DNA of 64,000 bases from positions 1,376,001 through 1,440,000 of the forward strand of contig CAWIKF010000002.1 in the NCBI GenBank assembly GCA_963836755.1, written 5' to 3'. The stretch comes from an uncultured Verrucomicrobiae bacterium (GTDB lineage Bacteria > Verrucomicrobiota > Verrucomicrobiia > Chthoniobacterales > Chthoniobacteraceae). Below, piece after piece: positions 60,448 through 64,000 of the stretch; positions within the stretch are counted from its first letter, which is position 1, and every line of letters begins with the position of its first letter. The notes under the pieces are model-generated. The model saw nothing but the letters and a program-made list of their open reading frames with translations, was not told the DNA's origin and made no database searches. The position numbers were made by a program, and so were the translations under genes.

Positions 60448-60954
60448 TTACCGGCGCAGCGGAGTGGCCGGGATCGCGGCCGTGAGATCGAAGCGCATCA
60501 CGTAGCCGACCGTGGGCAGCTCAAAGGCGAGCTCCGGGCTTGGAAACGGTTTGCAACCTTTGTAAAACAACCGTCCGTAGGTGAAGTCCTCCGGAAACGC
60601 CAGGCTCCGCACCCGCGCGCGCAGATCGGCGAGAAGTTTCAAAAACGCCGGGTCATCCTTCGTCCCTTTGACCAGGCTTTCACCGGGGTTGATCCGCATT
60701 CCCTTTGCCTTGATGAGCCAGACCTCGAAATGGTTGTCCACAATGCCGGCTTCCTCATGCCCGGCCTGGTCGTCATCACCCGACCAGCAAAGCGTGACAC
60801 GGAAACTCTTCGGCGCATCAGCCAGGCTTTCGAGGACGTCGCCCGGATCGCCGGCGATCGAGATAACGCCTTTGCGCGGCGTGCACCAGGAAGTGAGATC
60901 GGACTGCAAATGCACGAGCAGCCCGGCGGGATCGGGTGTGAAGTCAGTTTGCAT
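60448..60954 (-). CDS. Putative tail completion/terminator protein (Mu gp37-like)
   Basis: Size, alpha/beta pattern and context. Confidence 0.55.
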   Translation of the reverse strand: MQTDFTPDPAGLLVHLQSDLTSWCTPRKGVISIAGDPGDVLESLADAPKSFRVTLCWSGDDDQAGHEEAGIVDNHFEVWLIKAKGMRINPGESLVKGTKDDPAFLKLLADLRARVRSLAFPEDFTYGRLFYKGCKPFPSPELAFELPTVGYVMRFDLTAAIPATPLRR

Positions 60955-61702
60955 CAGCGGCGTTTTTGCGGGGCGTTGAGTTTCTCGAGCGCAGCCAATA
61001 GCTCCTGCTCAGCGTAAGTAGGTCCCGATGGCTCGAGGTCGTAGCGCGCGGCGATCGCCGAGTAGAGGACGAAGCCTTGCGCGAGCGGGACTTGATCGAG
61101 CACATGATCGGGGCTCCAGGCGGGGTATTCGTGAGCGAGCGTGTCAACGAGGCTTACGAGCCAGCCGTGCCCGGACTGTTTGCCGGGGCCGTGGGAAAAG
61201 GGGAGTTTGGATCACGACTCACTTTCTGGCCGTGCGGAACCGCGGTGCCAAAGGCGGCAACGAGGTGCGCGTTTAAAATCTCGCCGATCTGCGGCAGTAA
61301 CGCCGCATCGATCGTGGCGGCGAGTTCAAACACTGCGTCGTCAAACCGCGGGCGAAAGATTTTTCCGGTGAGCGGGTCGATCTCCGCGATCGCGGTGAGC
61401 GCGCGCACGTGCGCGATCGGCTGGCTCATGACGAAGAGCGCGGCAAAAATATCCTCGACGTTAAACTCTTCGCTTTTCTCGGTCTTGAGCAGCGAGGAGC
61501 CGATTTTTTGCAACTGCATGATCACCGCGCCGGTGCACGGTTGCAGCGGCAGTTTGCCGACCCTCACCTCATCGGGGCAAAAAGCGTTGAGCACCAATGC
61601 CGGCGTGCTCGAGGTCGATTTCTCGCGGTGCGCGGCCGCTGCCTCGACCTGGGCTTTGCTAAAGCCAAGAGTTTTTTTGCTGCGCTTCTTTACAGCTGGC
61701 AT
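60954..61702 (-). CDS. Tail assembly chaperone G (61702-61154) with -1 frameshift extension GT
   Basis: In-frame C CCT TTT at 61202-61196; -1 frame open to a TGA overlapping the next ATG. Confidence 0.8.
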
Positions 61703-61708
61703 CGCGCG

Positions 61709-62254
61709 TTACGGCGTGGGGATGCCGCTCCACTGCGTGCCTTTGATCGTGTATTTGGCGACACCCTTGTTTTCCCAATTTTTCTCCATGTCAGTCACGA
61801 TCACGGCTGTATTGCCGGCGATGGAAACCACGTCTCCGCGTGCAAAAACAGGGAAGGCGGTCTGCACCAGCACAGTCGCTTCGCACTCGTGCTTGTCATT
61901 GAAAAGCACGACCGCGACGGTGAAGCCGACATCGTCCGGAATCTCGACCATCTCGCCGGTGAGCTGGTCGCGCACGCTTTGCAAAATACCGGTGACGGTG
62001 CTTCCGACTTTCCCGCGCACACCCCACAGCACGGAGCTATCACCCTTGATCGTGGCCACGGTGGTATGCAGCCGGTGCCCGCGCAGGAGCATGGGCACCG
62101 TCGCGCAGAACGCGAAAAAGAGAGCGAACGCAAAAAGCGGAGCGCCGGCGGATGCGAGCGTAAACGCGAGCGCCATCACCACGAGCATCAGGAGCTGCGT
62201 CCAGAACACGCGGTGAAACAAAAAGTGGATGACCAGGATGCGGAGGAAAGGCAT
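61709..62254 (-). CDS. Putative tail tube protein with hydrophobic N-terminal extension
   Basis: About 120-aa beta-rich domain immediately upstream of the chaperone gene. Confidence 0.65.
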   Translation of the reverse strand: MPFLRILVIHFLFHRVFWTQLLMLVVMALAFTLASAGAPLFAFALFFAFCATVPMLLRGHRLHTTVATIKGDSSVLWGVRGKVGSTVTGILQSVRDQLTGEMVEIPDDVGFTVAVVLFNDKHECEATVLVQTAFPVFARGDVVSIAGNTAVIVTDMEKNWENKGVAKYTIKGTQWSGIPTP

Positions 62255-62255
62255 G

Positions 62256-62696
62256 TTAAACAGATGTTTTGCCGGTGGCGCTGCTCGTCTTTGCGGGTGC
62301 TGCGATCACGGTCCCGCTCGGTTTTGCGCGTTGGATTTGCGGGGTGAGCGGCTGCTCGCCCTTCGCGATCAAAGTCAGCTTGCCAGTCTCCGGATCGCGG
62401 AGCTGGTTGGCCTGTTTGGTAAACGGGTTTTCATCCGCGCTTTTGCCGCGGCGCTGGTGGATCATCTCGCACGCGAAAATCTTCGCGGCCTCGGTGACCA
62501 CCTTCGGGATCGGCATCGCAAACGGCGTCTCAAACCGGCCGCCCAGGATGGAATCGACCGCGTCGCTCGCGCCCTGGCATACGAGGTTGATCGCCGTGGG
62601 ATCAGCCGCGCCGTCGCCGTCGTCGTCCAAGCCTTCGATGAGGAATTTGCACGGGATCAACCCGGACAAATCCGCCATCGTGATATAAGGAGGCAT
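62256..62696 (-). CDS. Mu gp36-like head-tail adaptor
   Basis: YITMADL, ASDAVDSILGGRFETP, LIAKG; after capsid gene. Confidence 0.8.
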   Translation of the reverse strand: MPPYITMADLSGLIPCKFLIEGLDDDGDGAADPTAINLVCQGASDAVDSILGGRFETPFAMPIPKVVTEAAKIFACEMIHQRRGKSADENPFTKQANQLRDPETGKLTLIAKGEQPLTPQIQRAKPSGTVIAAPAKTSSATGKTSV

Positions 62697-62740
62697 CGTT
62701 TTAAAAAATCAGTTGTTCGCTTTTTACGGACAACTTGGGT

Positions 62741-63688
62741 TTAGAGCGCCGCAGTCGCGCCGGTGGAACCGAAGGCAAACTCCGGCATGCCGTAGCCGGC
62801 GTTGTAGATGCCGTAAGCCTGGTAGATGAACTTGTGGTTCAGCACCACATAGCTGTCGCCCGGCTGGTTCACCGCGACCAGGCGAGGCATGAATATGTTT
62901 TGCAACAGGAAAGGCCGCATCACGTAGCCGACCTCGAGGAGGAACCACATGTTCGGGTTTGCCGCGAGCTGCGGCCAGACCTTCAAGGTCGCATCGCCCT
63001 TGCGGGTGTTTGACACCGCAGCGGAGGCGATGTTCTCGGTGCCGGCGACGTTCTGCGCGGTTTGCGCGACGTAATCGGCCTGCAAGATTTGCTTGCCCAA
63101 GGTCTCGTTTTGCGGCGCGACCACCAGGATCAACTTGCGGCCCAGGTTCATCGGGCGGCCCTTCGCATTGAGGCGGCTCTTGATGTTCGTGCGTGCGGCA
63201 TCAAAACTCGCGGCACTCAACTTATAGGTCGCCTTGTTCGTAAACGGCGTGCCGTTTTGCAGCGGAAGATGGTTCGCATCGAAGAAGTTTTTGCCGGTGT
63301 AGCATGGGCTGGTGAAGCCGTTGATCATCAGATCAGCCATCAGCTCATCGGGATGCTGCGCGGCGACGTCGCCCATGGTGGCGAAGAGCGGCGCGTAGAG
63401 ACCGAGGCGGTCGGTCACGATGTCGAGCTCTTTGACTGCGATCGTGTTTTCCCACTCCTTGTTTTTGACGGTGAATCCGTTCGCCGAGAGGTTCTCGAGC
63501 TGGATTTCATCGACCAGTTCCTTCATGCCGCTGATCGCGCCCAGGAAGTCGTAAATCTCCTCCTTGTTCGTGCTCGGCACGGTGAGCGTGATGTCCTGGT
63601 ATTGTGGCGAGCCAGCCTGGTAGGCTTTCTCGTAAATAACGCGGAAACCACGGGTGAGGTTTGCGAGATTGGCTTGATTGATTTGCAT
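62741..63688 (-). CDS. Mu gpT-like major capsid protein
   Basis: VPST-EE-YDFLG, NKEWENTI, CYTGKNFFDANH, WFLL, YNAGYG. Confidence 0.9.
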   Translation of the reverse strand: MQINQANLANLTRGFRVIYEKAYQAGSPQYQDITLTVPSTNKEEIYDFLGAISGMKELVDEIQLENLSANGFTVKNKEWENTIAVKELDIVTDRLGLYAPLFATMGDVAAQHPDELMADLMINGFTSPCYTGKNFFDANHLPLQNGTPFTNKATYKLSAASFDAARTNIKSRLNAKGRPMNLGRKLILVVAPQNETLGKQILQADYVAQTAQNVAGTENIASAAVSNTRKGDATLKVWPQLAANPNMWFLLEVGYVMRPFLLQNIFMPRLVAVNQPGDSYVVLNHKFIYQAYGIYNAGYGMPEFAFGSTGATAAL

Positions 63689-63734
63689 GATTTTTTAGGA
63701 GCTGCGGATTTGGAAAAAAGGTTGAAACGGTTGT

Positions 63735-64000
63735 TTACGTGAGCTTCGCGAGCATCGCGACCACGTCCGCCTGGAGCGCGTTGTATTTCGCCTTCAGGTC
63801 ATTCGCGAGCGCCTCGGAGGTTGCGAGATCGACCGCGGCGGCAGTGGTGCATTGCGCGCTGGTGGGCGTGTATTTGACCGAGCCGGCGACTGAGCGCGTG
63901 TCGATCCAGACGTTGCCTGTGACCGGGTCGATGTCGGTGATGCGGCCGGCCTTCACCTTGTTATTGGCGCCCACTTTGCAGACTGTCGAATCGTCCTCGA
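63735..64000 (-). CDS. Probable capsid decoration protein (partial)
   Basis: AGRITDID...VWID; directly upstream of capsid gene. Confidence 0.55.
   Translation of the reverse strand, partial: EDDSTVCKVGANNKVKAGRITDIDPVTGNVWIDTRSVAGSVKYTPTSAQCTTAAAVDLATSEALANDLKAKYNALQADVVAMLAKLT

Larger units (their letters stand above)
52979..64000 (-). mobile_element. Mu-like transposable prophage, late-gene end (continues beyond window)
   Basis: Mu gpT-like capsid, gp36-like adaptor, tape measure; TG terminus with repeated AAAAGGGT. Confidence 0.88.

Overview
GC-rich bacterial chromosome segment. Gene content (yidC-jag-rpoZ-smpB, zwf-opcA, H-X9-DG prepilin protein, insertion-bearing SecA) suggests a Verrucomicrobia/PVC organism (inference). 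Bases 1-50050 are mostly housekeeping genes, plus tRNA-Gln(TTG), tRNA-Ala(CGC), two near-identical pilin paralogues sharing an upstream motif, a family-B polymerase with a degenerate proofreading domain, a sugar locus with two frameshifts, and two related intergenic 21-bp tandem arrays. From about 50370 the window is accessory: an integron cassette array with no integrase in view (attI-like site, four cassettes, three complete attC sites). Its fourth attC is cut at 52978/52979 by the end of a Mu-like transposable prophage that runs off the window. The prophage end has a TG terminus, three AAAAGGGT repeats and a ~190-nt highly base-paired non-coding element. Its morphogenesis module has a -1 frameshifting tail chaperone, a tail-tube-position gene with a membrane-like leader, and a tail-fibre-position gene with a Sec-like signal peptide. 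All product calls come from motif recognition by eye; no database search was run. Several start codons were adjusted from the ORF track.
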